From: an uncultured Acidimicrobiales bacterium
Lineage (GTDB): Bacteria > Actinomycetota > Acidimicrobiia > Acidimicrobiales > SHLQ01
Length of the DNA stretch: 64,000 nt
Reading direction: 5' to 3'
Assembly (NCBI GenBank): GCA_937934655.1
Contig: CALGZB010000245.1
Coordinates: forward strand, 13,448-77,447
Shown here: positions 9,131 through 18,416 of the stretch, piece by piece
How the letters are laid out: the number at the start of each line of letters is the position of its first letter
Position numbering within the stretch: position 1 is the first letter of the stretch
The notes under the pieces: model-generated
Databases searched by the model: none
Seen by the model: only the letters and a program-made list of their open reading frames with translations
What the model was told of the DNA's origin: nothing
Position numbers and translations under genes: made by a program

Positions 9131-9994
9131 ATGAAGTTTGGTATTGCCTTCGCAAACACCATGCAGTTCGCCGAAGCCGAAGGTGCCGCACAACTAGCCC
9201 GTGGTGCCGAAGATGCTGGCTTTGACTCGTTGTGGACCGTTGAACACGTCATTGTTCCCAAGGACTACGAGTCGTCGTACCCGTACGACCCAAGCGGCAA
9301 AATGCCTGGTGGCCCGAGCGCCCCGATCCCCGATCCGCTTATCTGGCTCACCTGGGTCGCTGCCCACTCCACCAAACTCCGGCTTGCCACCGGCATCCTC
9401 ATCTTGCCCGAGCGCAACCCATTAGTTCTGGCCAAGGAAGTAGCAACACTCGACATGCTCTCGGGCGGCCGAGTCGAGCTTGGCATTGGTGTTGGCTGGC
9501 TCGAGGAAGAATTCGATGCCCTAGGCATTCCCTGGGAACGCCGCGGGGCACGAACCGACGACTACATCCAGGCGATGCGCTCGCTTTGGTCGAGCGACCT
9601 CGCCCAATACTCGGGTGAGTTCGTTTCATTCTCCGACGTGGCTTCGAAACCATCGCCAGCGAATGGCACAGTTCCGATTCATATCGGCGGCCACTCGAAG
9701 GCCTCGGCCAAGCGCGCCGGACGCATCGGCGATGGGTTCTTCCCCGCCGGCGGCGATATCGCCGAACTCGTCGATATCTGTCGTCAAACCGCCGCCGACA
9801 ACGATCGCGATCCGTCGTCGATCGAGATCAGCACCGTCACCGCCGGACTGTTCGGTGACGATCCAATCGCGGCAGTCGAAGAGATGGACGCTATCGGCGT
9901 GCACCGACTGATGGTCCCGGCCTTTCTGGTTGCCAACGACCCCGAGAATGATCTTGCCGGTTGGGGCGAACGAGTAATTTCGCAGGCCGGATAG
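9131..9994 (+). CDS. Luciferase-like monooxygenase (LLM) family, probably F420-dependent oxidoreductase
   Basis: MKFGIAF...FDSLWTVEHV...LATGILILPERNPLVLAKEVATLDMLSGGRVELGIGVGW is the typical LLM/TIM-barrel signature. The ATG at 9131 is preferred. Confidence 0.75.
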   Translation: MKFGIAFANTMQFAEAEGAAQLARGAEDAGFDSLWTVEHVIVPKDYESSYPYDPSGKMPGGPSAPIPDPLIWLTWVAAHSTKLRLATGILILPERNPLVLAKEVATLDMLSGGRVELGIGVGWLEEEFDALGIPWERRGARTDDYIQAMRSLWSSDLAQYSGEFVSFSDVASKPSPANGTVPIHIGGHSKASAKRAGRIGDGFFPAGGDIAELVDICRQTAADNDRDPSSIEISTVTAGLFGDDPIAAVEEMDAIGVHRLMVPAFLVANDPENDLAGWGERVISQAG

Positions 9995-10025
9995 GGATTT
10001 TCATCGAATCCGTCATGGCAATTTC

Positions 10026-10988
10026 GTGGCAAATGATGAGGCTTTTTTCTCGAACCCTCACATCCATGAAAGTGGGGCCGAAAGCCAAAACATGCCCGAG
10101 GCTGATCCATTCGAAAATGACCACCTGTTCCAGACCCGAGACTTCTTCTGGTTTTTGACGTGCTGCAAAGCATGGCGGACCAACCCATGGCTTGTTGCGA
10201 CCGCTGCACTTATCGTGGTGGGTTTGGTTTCTGGCCTCACCGCTTTGCTCGCTGGCGGAGAACTTCTCACCTTTCTCCAGAGTCTGAGTATCGGCGCCAC
10301 ACTTGCGCTGCCGTTCGTGAGCGCCCGAGCTTTCATGCAGATGATCGGTGGCTCATCGTCCACCCGAGTGCAGATCTCCACGGCGTCTGACCTCGCCTGC
10401 TGCGACCTCAGTCGTCAGGATCTCACCGACCTGCAGCTTCGGGGGCGCGACCTCACCAGCACCCGCCTGACCCGCTCGAACCTCCTCGCCGCAGACCTCA
10501 TGGGTTCGCTCCTCATGGACGTCGACCTCAATCGAACAATCGCTCGCCGTGCCCGTTTCGACTTCGCCGATCTCACCGAAGCCGTTGGCCACCGAGCAGA
10601 CTTCCGGCAAAGTTCGTTGATTGGCGCCAACTTCACCGACGCCATCTTCGACCATGCTGACTTCCGCGACGCTGCACTTTGTGACGCGACACTTCAGAAC
10701 TGCGATCTTCGCAGCGCAATGTTCGATGGCGCCGATCTACAGGGCGCTGACCTCCGTGGCGCCGACCTCCGCGACGCCGACCTGCGTCGTTGCGATCTTC
10801 GCTCAGCCAGCATCCAGGGAGCAGACCTTCGTGGCGCCCTCCTCGATGGCGTTGATCTCACCGGTTTGAAGATGGACGATCTCACCATCTGGCCCGACGG
10901 ACAGTCGCCGATGCTTGGCACGTTCGAACTCACCGATGCCGATCTCGAACTGCTCAGTGCCCCGGCTGTAGGCGACGACACCGAGTAG
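10026..10988 (+). CDS. Pentapeptide-repeat protein with N-terminal transmembrane segments
   Basis: About 35 consecutive A(D/N)LXX pentapeptides (ADLQGADLRGADLRDADLRRCDLRSASIQGADLRGALLDGVDL), preceded by hydrophobic helices. The start is uncertain; an alternative ATG lies at 10092. Confidence 0.8.
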   Translation: MANDEAFFSNPHIHESGAESQNMPEADPFENDHLFQTRDFFWFLTCCKAWRTNPWLVATAALIVVGLVSGLTALLAGGELLTFLQSLSIGATLALPFVSARAFMQMIGGSSSTRVQISTASDLACCDLSRQDLTDLQLRGRDLTSTRLTRSNLLAADLMGSLLMDVDLNRTIARRARFDFADLTEAVGHRADFRQSSLIGANFTDAIFDHADFRDAALCDATLQNCDLRSAMFDGADLQGADLRGADLRDADLRRCDLRSASIQGADLRGALLDGVDLTGLKMDDLTIWPDGQSPMLGTFELTDADLELLSAPAVGDDTE

Positions 10989-11071
10989 AGCCCGGGTCCG
11001 GTTGGCCACCGAGAAACCGAACACCTCGGCTTGATGATCGGCCTTCCCGGCAGTGCCACTAGCCTGACCTC

Positions 11072-12283
11072 GTGGGTGACTTCTTCCAGAACGGCGTAAT
11101 CGCAACGCTCCATGACCTCAAGAACCGCCCTCTTTACGAGGTCGAGTCAGAGCTCACCGAGTGGTCCAGGGAGCGCCCGATGGCGCTGCTCATTCCGAGC
11201 CTGTACTCCGAGCTGAAGCGTCCGGCGCTTCAGAACATCGTCGATGAGATCTCGAGAATCCCGTATCTCGAAGAGGTAATCATTGGCCTCGACCGGGCAT
11301 CGGCCGAAGAATACGAAGACGCAAAGCGGTTCTTCAGCCAGCTCCCTCAGCGCCACCGAGTGTTGTGGAATGACGGGCCCAGGCTCCGCAGCATCGACGA
11401 AAGACTCTCCGAGCAAGACCTGTCGCCGAACGAACCGGGCAAGGGTCGCAATGTTTGGTACAGCCTCGGCTACTTCCTCGCATCAGGGCGTTCGAGTGCG
11501 GTGGCGCTTCACGATGCCGACATCATCACGTATGACCGGAGCATGGTCGCCAAGCTCTTTTACCCACTGATACACCCAACCTTCGACTACTCCTTCTGCA
11601 AGGGGTATTACTTCCGAGCCGCCGACGGGAAGCTCAACGGACGGGTTGTTCGCCTCATGGTGACGCCGCTCGTCCGGGCCCTTCGAACAACCATTGGCCA
11701 TCACGAGTATCTCGACTACATCGACAGCTTCCGGTACCCATTGGCCGGTGAGTTCTCGATGAAGCGCTCAGTTGTTTCGTCGATACGGATTCCGAGCGAT
11801 TGGGGTCTGGAAATTGGCGTGCTTTCGGAGGTTCAGCGGTACTACGCCAACTCCCGAATCTGTCAGGTCGATATCGCCGACGCCTACGACCACAAACACC
11901 AAGAGGTCTCATTCGACGACGCTACGGCGGGCCTGCACCGGATGGCCATCGATATCGGGCTTGCGTTGTTCCGGAAGCTCGCGACAAACGGCGAGGTGTT
12001 CTCGCCAGAGACCTTCCGGGCACTCAAAGCCACCTACTACCGCACGGCGCTCGACATCGTCGACAGCTACCATGCCGATGCGGTACTCAACGGCATGACC
12101 CTCGATCGGCACGCCGAAGAAACCACCGTCGAACTTTTCGCCTCGGCCATTATGGAAGCGGGCGACCGGTTCCTCAACGAACCAATGGCCGTGCCGTTCA
12201 CGCCAAGCTGGTCACGGGTCATCTCCGCGATTCCCGACATTCTTGAACAGGTCGACGAAGCAGTCGAACTCGACAACGCGTAG
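11072..12283 (+). CDS. Retaining glycosyltransferase resembling glucosyl-/mannosyl-3-phosphoglycerate synthases (GpgS/MpgS-like)
   Basis: N-terminal FQNGVIATLH, GKGRNVWYSLGYFL and LHDADIITYD (a DxD-type motif). Length is about 400 aa. The family assignment is from memory of GpgS-like sequences and has not been searched. Confidence 0.5.
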   Translation: MGDFFQNGVIATLHDLKNRPLYEVESELTEWSRERPMALLIPSLYSELKRPALQNIVDEISRIPYLEEVIIGLDRASAEEYEDAKRFFSQLPQRHRVLWNDGPRLRSIDERLSEQDLSPNEPGKGRNVWYSLGYFLASGRSSAVALHDADIITYDRSMVAKLFYPLIHPTFDYSFCKGYYFRAADGKLNGRVVRLMVTPLVRALRTTIGHHEYLDYIDSFRYPLAGEFSMKRSVVSSIRIPSDWGLEIGVLSEVQRYYANSRICQVDIADAYDHKHQEVSFDDATAGLHRMAIDIGLALFRKLATNGEVFSPETFRALKATYYRTALDIVDSYHADAVLNGMTLDRHAEETTVELFASAIMEAGDRFLNEPMAVPFTPSWSRVISAIPDILEQVDEAVELDNA

Positions 12284-12299
12284 CGGGTGGCGTCGTCGA

Positions 12300-12740
12300 A
12301 TGTCTGAATCCTCCGGTGTTGCTGACGCACGTCTGCCCCTACCGGTCGTTTCAGTCGGGGCCACCCTGGTCGAATCAGACGAGACCACCATTGCGTTGCC
12401 CGCTGTCGTCGTCGATGCCAGTGGCCGTGATGATGTTGCAGACCTGGCCCGAGTTCATCACACCGAAGGCATCGGCGATGTCCGAACGCTCGCTCTTCGA
12501 CAAGGCGACAACATCGATCTGTCGGTCACGCTCACCAGCCCGGTTTTTTGCTCGTTCACCATCCGGTTCGATGCCGATGACCCGACCGAGTTTCTCGCAT
12601 CGGTCTGCTCGGCAGGTTCGCTCGTGATTGCGACGAGCCAGCCCGATTCCGGCGAGTTGTGTCTTGCGGTCGATATCGACGGACCAGCGCTGGCCAAGGT
12701 TCTCTCGGCCGCGCCGCAAACAGACGAAACCAGCGAATGA
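12300..12740 (+). CDS. Hypothetical protein
   Basis: ORF with coding-like codon bias. Its stop overlaps the start of the next gene (ATGA). I recognised no motif. Confidence 0.5.
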   Translation: MSESSGVADARLPLPVVSVGATLVESDETTIALPAVVVDASGRDDVADLARVHHTEGIGDVRTLALRQGDNIDLSVTLTSPVFCSFTIRFDADDPTEFLASVCSAGSLVIATSQPDSGELCLAVDIDGPALAKVLSAAPQTDETSE

Positions 12741-13192
12741 CCACTACCTGGGTTGTTCTCGTCCTGGCACATCTTGTGTTCACGGCGGTCATGACCGGAC
12801 TCATCTGGATGGTGCATCTGGTTCACTATCCGCTCTTTGCGCACGTGGGCGCCGAGGATTACCGCACCTACCAGAGCGAACACATGCGACGGATCAGTTG
12901 GCTCCTGGCGGTGCCCTGGGTTGCAGAGGTGGCGCTTGGCGCGTTGATCTTCGCGTTTGCCCCCAACACCACGCTACGAATCGTCACGTTCATTGCCGGA
13001 GCGGTGCAGGTGGGAGTTGCTCTCGTCACCGGTTTCGTCGCAGCACCGGCACATGGCCGACTCCTTGAGGGTTTCGATACGGCCGAGCACCGCGGCCTGA
13101 TGCGGGCCAACCTGGTTCGGACCTTGCTGTGGACGGTTCGACTCGGCTTCGCGGTGGCGATCGTCTGGTTGTCAGTTGACCCTCGGGCCTAG
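12737..13192 (+). CDS. Small integral membrane protein, DUF1772-like (4 TM)
   Basis: MTTTWVVLVLAHLVFTAVMTGLIWMVHLVHYPLF plus three further hydrophobic helices. Confidence 0.55.
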   Translation: MTTTWVVLVLAHLVFTAVMTGLIWMVHLVHYPLFAHVGAEDYRTYQSEHMRRISWLLAVPWVAEVALGALIFAFAPNTTLRIVTFIAGAVQVGVALVTGFVAAPAHGRLLEGFDTAEHRGLMRANLVRTLLWTVRLGFAVAIVWLSVDPRA

Positions 13193-13195
13193 CAA

Positions 13196-14407
13196 GTGAC
13201 GCAACAACTTCCGACGCCGCCAGCCGATGCGGCTGGTGCCGAGGCCTGGGTCAGCGAGCACCTCGGCCACCTCTGCTCCGACGTGCCAACCGCTTCGAAT
13301 CTTCGAGGCGGCCAGGTTGCAGCCGACAGCGCTCTCGCCGCATTCGACGTTGCCGGCTACGCCAAAGCTCGCAATGAGGTATTTCCCACCGGTCGCCAAG
13401 GGGCCTCGCGCCTCTCCCCGTATATTCGTCATGGCCTCCTGCCTCTCCCCCACGTGTGGGATGCCGTGGCAGATGGCCCGAGCTACGACGTGAAGAAGTT
13501 TCGCGACGAGTTACTTTGGCAGGAGTACAGCCGCCATCTCTACGCCCGTGCTGGCACAGCAAGCGGCATGTCGCTGCGGTACGAGCCGCCGGTAACCGAC
13601 CCCATTGGTGAAATTCGACCGTCCGACATCGAAGACATGGCGTGTTTGCAACTGGTAGCGGACCAACTAACCAGCGATGGCTGGCTCGTGAATCAGACTC
13701 GAATGTGGTGGTCATCGCATCACAGCGTCCGGCTGGGGAAACCTTGGCCCGCTGGCGAGGATCAGTTCTTCCGACATCTCCTCGATGGTTCGCGTGCCGC
13801 AAACCGGTTGGGATGGCAGTGGACCGTCGGCGCAGGCAAAGCGGAGTCGTACGGGTTCTCACGGTTTCAGGTAGAGAAACGCGCGCCGGGACTCTGTGCC
13901 GAGTGTCCGAGCCGGGCGTCGTGTCCCATCGAGAACTGGCCAGAAACGACACCAAACCCAGCAGTCGATGTTCCCATTGCTCTTGGCCGTATCGAGGGTG
14001 ATGCCACAGGCGGCCCCTCCGAGACCGACACCCGAGGACAACCCGACATCGTCTGGCTCACCGCTGAGTCGTTAGGCAACGACGACCCGGCGCTTCGTGC
14101 CCATCCGTCACTACCGGTTGCGTTCGTCTTTGACGAGCCACTCCTCGGCCGCCTGCAGCTGTCGGGGAAACGGTTGATCTTCTTCACCGAGACGTTGGGA
14201 GAGTTAGCTGAGCACCGCGACCTTCGGGTGCATCTCGGCGCTCCTGCCCGCACGTTGGCCGACCACCGCCTCGCGGTCACCTATGCACCGGTGCCCGGAT
14301 TCCAACGGTTGCGATCGACGTTACATATCGAAGCCCTTCACCCCTGGCCGTGGCTCCGAAGGCCAACCGGTACCTCGGTGAAGTCCTTCTCGGCGTGGCG
14401 GAGATAG
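13196..14407 (+). CDS. Photolyase/cryptochrome-related FAD-binding protein with atypical domain order
   Basis: The N-terminal 240 aa carry FAD-binding-domain motifs (SRLSPYIRHGLL, ELLWQEYSRHLY, WLVNQTRMWWSSHH, DGSRAANRLGWQWTVGAG). The C-terminal 130 aa (DIVWLTAESLGNDDPALRAHPSLPVAFVFDEP) look like the photolyase N-terminal alpha/beta domain. Confidence 0.65.
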   Translation: MTQQLPTPPADAAGAEAWVSEHLGHLCSDVPTASNLRGGQVAADSALAAFDVAGYAKARNEVFPTGRQGASRLSPYIRHGLLPLPHVWDAVADGPSYDVKKFRDELLWQEYSRHLYARAGTASGMSLRYEPPVTDPIGEIRPSDIEDMACLQLVADQLTSDGWLVNQTRMWWSSHHSVRLGKPWPAGEDQFFRHLLDGSRAANRLGWQWTVGAGKAESYGFSRFQVEKRAPGLCAECPSRASCPIENWPETTPNPAVDVPIALGRIEGDATGGPSETDTRGQPDIVWLTAESLGNDDPALRAHPSLPVAFVFDEPLLGRLQLSGKRLIFFTETLGELAEHRDLRVHLGAPARTLADHRLAVTYAPVPGFQRLRSTLHIEALHPWPWLRRPTGTSVKSFSAWRR

Positions 14408-14433
14408 CGGGCGAAGAAACCCCTCGAATCCGC

Positions 14434-14448
14434 GGTTCGTCCCGAACC
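14434..14448 (+). terminator. Short perfect stem-loop GGTTCG-TCC-CGAACC after the photolyase-like gene (no U-tract)
   Basis: 6-bp perfect stem read directly from the sequence. It is followed by AAAAACC rather than Ts, so function is uncertain. Confidence 0.25.
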
Positions 14449-14471
14449 AAAAACCGGTACCTTACATACAT

Positions 14472-16040
14472 ATGACGATTGACACGATTGCCGACATCAT
14501 CCGGGTCCACGCGGTCGGGCAGCCCGATCAGCCCATGGTGACCCTTTCAACCGACGGTGCAACCAAAACCTACGCCGAGGTCTACGCCCGAGCAGGCCAG
14601 GTGGCCAATGCGCTCCAGGCACACGGACTGAACCCAGGCGATCGGATCGCCTTCCTCGACAAAAACAGCGTCGAGTACTTCGAGGTGCTGTTCGGCGGAT
14701 CACTGATCAACGCCGTGAACGTGGCGATCAACTGGCGGCTCGCTGCACCCGAGATGGCCTACATCATCAACGACTCCGATGCGACGGTGCTGATCATCCA
14801 CACCGACTTCGCTGACCAACTCGCGGCGATGCGCTCTGACCTCACCAACATCACCACCGTGGTGATCCTCGGTGACGAATCGATGATCACCGGCGACGAC
14901 ATTTCGTACGAGGCGTTCCTGTCCGGCCACTCCACCGAAGATCCAGGGGTGGTGAGCGAGGGCGACGATGTCAGCCTGCAGCTCTACACGTCAGGGACCA
15001 CCGGTCGCCCCAAGGGCGCACAGCTCACCAACGCCAGCTTTGCTGGTCTGGTTAAAGCTGCCGACTCGTGGGACATGGACGACACGTCGGTGAGCCTGGT
15101 GGCGATGCCGCTGTTCCATATCGGTGGCTCGGGTTGGGCGCTGTATGGCATGGCCAACGGTGCGTCATCGATCGTCATGCGCGACGTCGACCCGATGGTC
15201 ATTTTCACCTGTATCGAGCAGTACTCCATCAGCCACATGTTCCTCGTTCCGGCAGCGTTGCAGTTCCTGCTGCTTCTCCCCGCCGAAGAGTCCGACCTTT
15301 CGTCGATGAAACTCGTGGTCTACGGCGCCTCGCCAATTACCGAAGAGGTTCTCGTTGGCTCGATGGCCCAGTTCGGCTGCGGTTTCATGCAAGTTTATGG
15401 CCTCACCGAAACCACCGGCTTGGTTACCCACCTGCCTCCTGAGGACCATGATCCGGGCGGGTCGAAGTCCGACCTGCTGCGTTCGGCAGGCAAGCCGGTT
15501 ACCGGAGTGCGTCTGAAGATCGTCGACGAAGACTCTGGCGAGGCTCTTCCCGAGGGCGAGGTTGGCGAGGTGTGGATCCACAGCCCCGCAAACATGGTCG
15601 GCTACTGGAAACTCCCTGAAGCAACCGCCGAAGCCCTTCCGGGCGAAGGCTGGTTCCGCTCTGGAGATGCCGGCTACATGAAGGGCGAATATCTCTTCAT
15701 TCACGATCGCGTGAAAGACATGATCGTCTCAGGCGGCGAGAACGTCTACCCGGCCGAGATCGAGAACGTCATGATGAGTCACCCATCGGTGGCCGACGTG
15801 GGCGTGATTGGTGTTCCGAGCGAGAAGTGGGGTGAGACCGCAAAGGCGCTCATCGTGCTGGCTGAAGGCCACGAGCTTGACGAGCCTGCATTGATCGCTC
15901 ATTGCAAGGAGCAGTTGGCGAGCTTCAAGTGTCCATCGTCGGTTGAGACCATCGAGGTGCTCCCCCGCAACCCATCAGGGAAGATTCTCAAGCGGGAGCT
16001 GCGAGCCCCGTACTGGGCCGACAGCGACCGCAACGTCTAG
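14472..16040 (+). CDS. AMP-dependent acyl-CoA synthetase/ligase (FadD-like)
   Basis: AMP-binding motif LQLYTSGTTGRPKGA, then YGLTET, GWFRSGDAGY and PRNPSGKILKRELR. Confidence 0.9.
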   Translation: MTIDTIADIIRVHAVGQPDQPMVTLSTDGATKTYAEVYARAGQVANALQAHGLNPGDRIAFLDKNSVEYFEVLFGGSLINAVNVAINWRLAAPEMAYIINDSDATVLIIHTDFADQLAAMRSDLTNITTVVILGDESMITGDDISYEAFLSGHSTEDPGVVSEGDDVSLQLYTSGTTGRPKGAQLTNASFAGLVKAADSWDMDDTSVSLVAMPLFHIGGSGWALYGMANGASSIVMRDVDPMVIFTCIEQYSISHMFLVPAALQFLLLLPAEESDLSSMKLVVYGASPITEEVLVGSMAQFGCGFMQVYGLTETTGLVTHLPPEDHDPGGSKSDLLRSAGKPVTGVRLKIVDEDSGEALPEGEVGEVWIHSPANMVGYWKLPEATAEALPGEGWFRSGDAGYMKGEYLFIHDRVKDMIVSGGENVYPAEIENVMMSHPSVADVGVIGVPSEKWGETAKALIVLAEGHELDEPALIAHCKEQLASFKCPSSVETIEVLPRNPSGKILKRELRAPYWADSDRNV

Positions 16041-16069
16041 GCGTCAACACAACTCGCTAGAGACAGCAA

Positions 16070-16116
16070 CAAAACGAGAAAGGCCCCGGCGTCCACATGG
16101 GACACCGGGGCCTTCT
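16070..16116. terminator. Bidirectional intrinsic terminator between convergent fadD-like and BI-1 genes
   Basis: 10-bp stem AAGGCCCCGG (16070-16079) pairs with CCGGGGCCTT (16095-16104), with an inner GTCC/GGAC stem. TTTTT follows on the plus strand (16110-16114) and an A-rich run lies upstream. Confidence 0.7.
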
Positions 16117-16128
16117 AAGTTTTTGGTA

Positions 16129-16839
16129 TTAGTCGCGGGCCATGAAGAGGCGCAGGACATACCAGAACATGGTCATGACCGAGCTGAACAGCTGCACCGC
16201 AGCGCCGACGTAGGCCTGCGATGGGTAGCGGCGGATGATGCTTTGGGTCTGGTAGAGGATCGATGCGCCCATAAGGCCGATCATTGCTACCGAGAACCAC
16301 ACGCCGAGCTGAAGATTGAAGATGAACGATGCGACGATTGCGCCCATTGCGAGCATGCCGCCGAACATCAGAATTGGCCGCAGGAACGACAGGTCGTTCT
16401 TGGTGAACCAGGCGACTGCGGTAAGTCCGGCGAAGCCGAGAGCGGTAGCGAACACTGCCGACCAGACGGTGCCGGCATCATCTCGAATCCGGAACACTTC
16501 GTACAGCGGAACGGTGAACAACAGTGAGTAGACCGCTGACATACCAAAGAGGCCGGCGTACTGCTTTGAGGTGTTTCGGAGATCTGCAGCAGCTGACGAT
16601 GCCAGCCAACTTCCGACCATAAAGAGTCCGAGAACAATCATCCAGCGGCCACCGCCACCGCCACGAACAAAGCCGTGGAAACGTTCGGCGACTCCGGTCT
16701 GGAACAACAGGAACTCGAGGGCAACAAAGACGCCGATTGCGGCGGCAAGGTGGGAGTAGACGCGACCTAGGAAGGTGGCGCGGTCGGTTTCGGGAAGCGA
16801 AACGACAGGACGGGTATCTACTGAAAAGGCTTCAGCCAT
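16129..16839 (-). CDS. Bax inhibitor-1/YccA family membrane protein
   Basis: About 7 TM helices, an N-terminal FLGRVYSHLAAAIGVF motif, and a size of 236 aa typical of BI-1/YccA. Confidence 0.8.
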   Translation of the reverse strand: MAEAFSVDTRPVVSLPETDRATFLGRVYSHLAAAIGVFVALEFLLFQTGVAERFHGFVRGGGGGRWMIVLGLFMVGSWLASSAAADLRNTSKQYAGLFGMSAVYSLLFTVPLYEVFRIRDDAGTVWSAVFATALGFAGLTAVAWFTKNDLSFLRPILMFGGMLAMGAIVASFIFNLQLGVWFSVAMIGLMGASILYQTQSIIRRYPSQAYVGAAVQLFSSVMTMFWYVLRLFMARD

Positions 16840-16947
16840 AAGGGGGAACTCTCTTTCTTACGATTCTGTACAACAACGGGTTGCACACTCGCTATTCCCT
16901 AGCTTACTCGAAGGATCGTCGGGACTCCCGAGCGACCGAGTGGAGCC

Positions 16948-17283
16948 CTATAAGTACTCGGGGACCACGTTGGCCGGAGCGGCTGCGGGAGGCGTGGGCA
17001 CGCCGAGGTCAAAGTCGCTGTCGTCAGAGAGGTCGAGGTCGGTGAAGCTCACGGCTCCCGACGTTTCGGCTGCGGCACGAAGTTCGGCTTTGCGGGCTTC
17101 GTCGAGAGCGTTTCCTCGACGTTGCGCCAGGATCCCTACGGCGAACGCAAGCACAATGAGGGCAACTCCAGCCGAGATACCGACCGCAAGCTGCCACGCG
17201 GTGCTTAGGCCCTCCGAGGCAAGCTCTGTGGCATCGATGTCGGTAAAGGCTGGAACAAATCTGGTTTCGAAACGGATAGTCAT
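16948..17283 (-). CDS. Small single-pass membrane protein, hypothetical
   Basis: One central TM helix (WQLAVGISAGVALIVLAFAVGILA) and an acidic, Pro-rich tail. Confidence 0.5.
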   Translation of the reverse strand: MTIRFETRFVPAFTDIDATELASEGLSTAWQLAVGISAGVALIVLAFAVGILAQRRGNALDEARKAELRAAAETSGAVSFTDLDLSDDSDFDLGVPTPPAAAPANVVPEYL

Positions 17284-17445
17284 TGCAATCCCCCATCAGT
17301 GTCGACGACTGGCACCCCCCATGGGTTCAGTCACAAAAAAGACACGATTGGTAGAACTGACTATTGTACTGCGAACAGGTGTTCGTTTTGGAAAGAACTA
17401 TCGCACTAGCTGCAATTGCAACGGAAAAACGTGCATCTTCGCCGT

Positions 17446-17470
17446 CCCAAAAAAGGGCCAAACATGGCCG
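17446..17470 (-). terminator. Weak intrinsic terminator after the alpha/beta-hydrolase gene
   Basis: The minus strand reads GGCCA-TGTT-TGGCC, then C, then TTTTTT. Confidence 0.4.
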
Positions 17471-17553
17471 AATTTGGAATTTGTGACGCCGGTCTCGGCG
17501 CAGCAAAAGCACCCAAAGCAGCCGAAACCAACCGACAGTGGGCGCAATATCGG

Positions 17554-18402
17554 TTACGAATCGGTTGCCAGGAAGTAGCTGGCGATTTCTTCGGCGATGC
17601 GTGCTGGGTCTTGGAACGGACCAAAGTGGGTCAGATCATCAAAGATCAAGAGCTCGCCGTTGGGAAGGCCCTCGGCTACTCCGGGAGCAAAAAGCGCCGG
17701 GCCGCCGCCGTCGCCGCTCTTGATGACCGCAGCGGGCATGTTGACATTGTGGAGCTGTTCGAATCCACCATTCATCGAGTTCTCGAAGACGGCAGCCTCG
17801 GTGGCCCCCCGGCACTTGAGTCGCACCGTTCCATCGTCGAGAGGCTCGAAACCGTGGTCGACATAGGCTCGCAGTGCGACGGGGTCGATCATGCTGAACG
17901 GCGGCCGCGAGGCATAACGTTCGAACGCTGCATCGAAGCTGTCGAAGACTTCCCGACGCTTCCGAGCCGACAGAACGAGACCGCTTTCTTCCGCAGGTGG
18001 CGCCATCGTCGATGGCGCCAGGATTGGTTCAAACAGCCACGCGGATCGAAACATCGAGGGATTGGCAAGGCTGGCAAGCACGATTGCGGCGCCTCCCATG
18101 GAGTGTCCGACGCCAAAGACCGCCTCGTCGCCTGCCACCGCCTTGACTGCGGCGGCCAGGTCCTCGGCCATTCCTGTCCAGATCATCGGGAGACCGTCGG
18201 GGATTCGGGCGTCACCGTGACCTCGAAGATCAACGCCGTAGCAATGAAATCGGTCGGCAAGCGCGTCGGCGATGGGGATATAGCAGCGGCCGTGGAAACC
18301 GGTGGCGTGAGCAAAGACGAGAATTGGACCATCGCCGCCGAGATCGTGAAGCGCCACCTCGACGTCGTCGGTGGATGGAATGAATTGCGTGGGCTGTGAC
18401 AC
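17554..18402 (-). CDS. Alpha/beta-fold hydrolase
   Basis: Nucleophile elbow GHSMGG, an HG oxyanion region (LVFAHATGFHG) and a C-terminal DLTHF histidine. Confidence 0.8.
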   Translation of the reverse strand: MSQPTQFIPSTDDVEVALHDLGGDGPILVFAHATGFHGRCYIPIADALADRFHCYGVDLRGHGDARIPDGLPMIWTGMAEDLAAAVKAVAGDEAVFGVGHSMGGAAIVLASLANPSMFRSAWLFEPILAPSTMAPPAEESGLVLSARKRREVFDSFDAAFERYASRPPFSMIDPVALRAYVDHGFEPLDDGTVRLKCRGATEAAVFENSMNGGFEQLHNVNMPAAVIKSGDGGGPALFAPGVAEGLPNGELLIFDDLTHFGPFQDPARIAEEIASYFLATDS

Positions 18403-18416
18403 GCCACGGACTTTAG

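Noticed and set aside
16080-16094. The terminator loop CGTCCACATGGGACACC as a third copy of the CCACCTGGCACC hairpin element
   Set aside because: Only the left arm is loosely similar, and there is no matching right arm or 13-nt loop. I mention it as a possible relative but do not count it as a copy.
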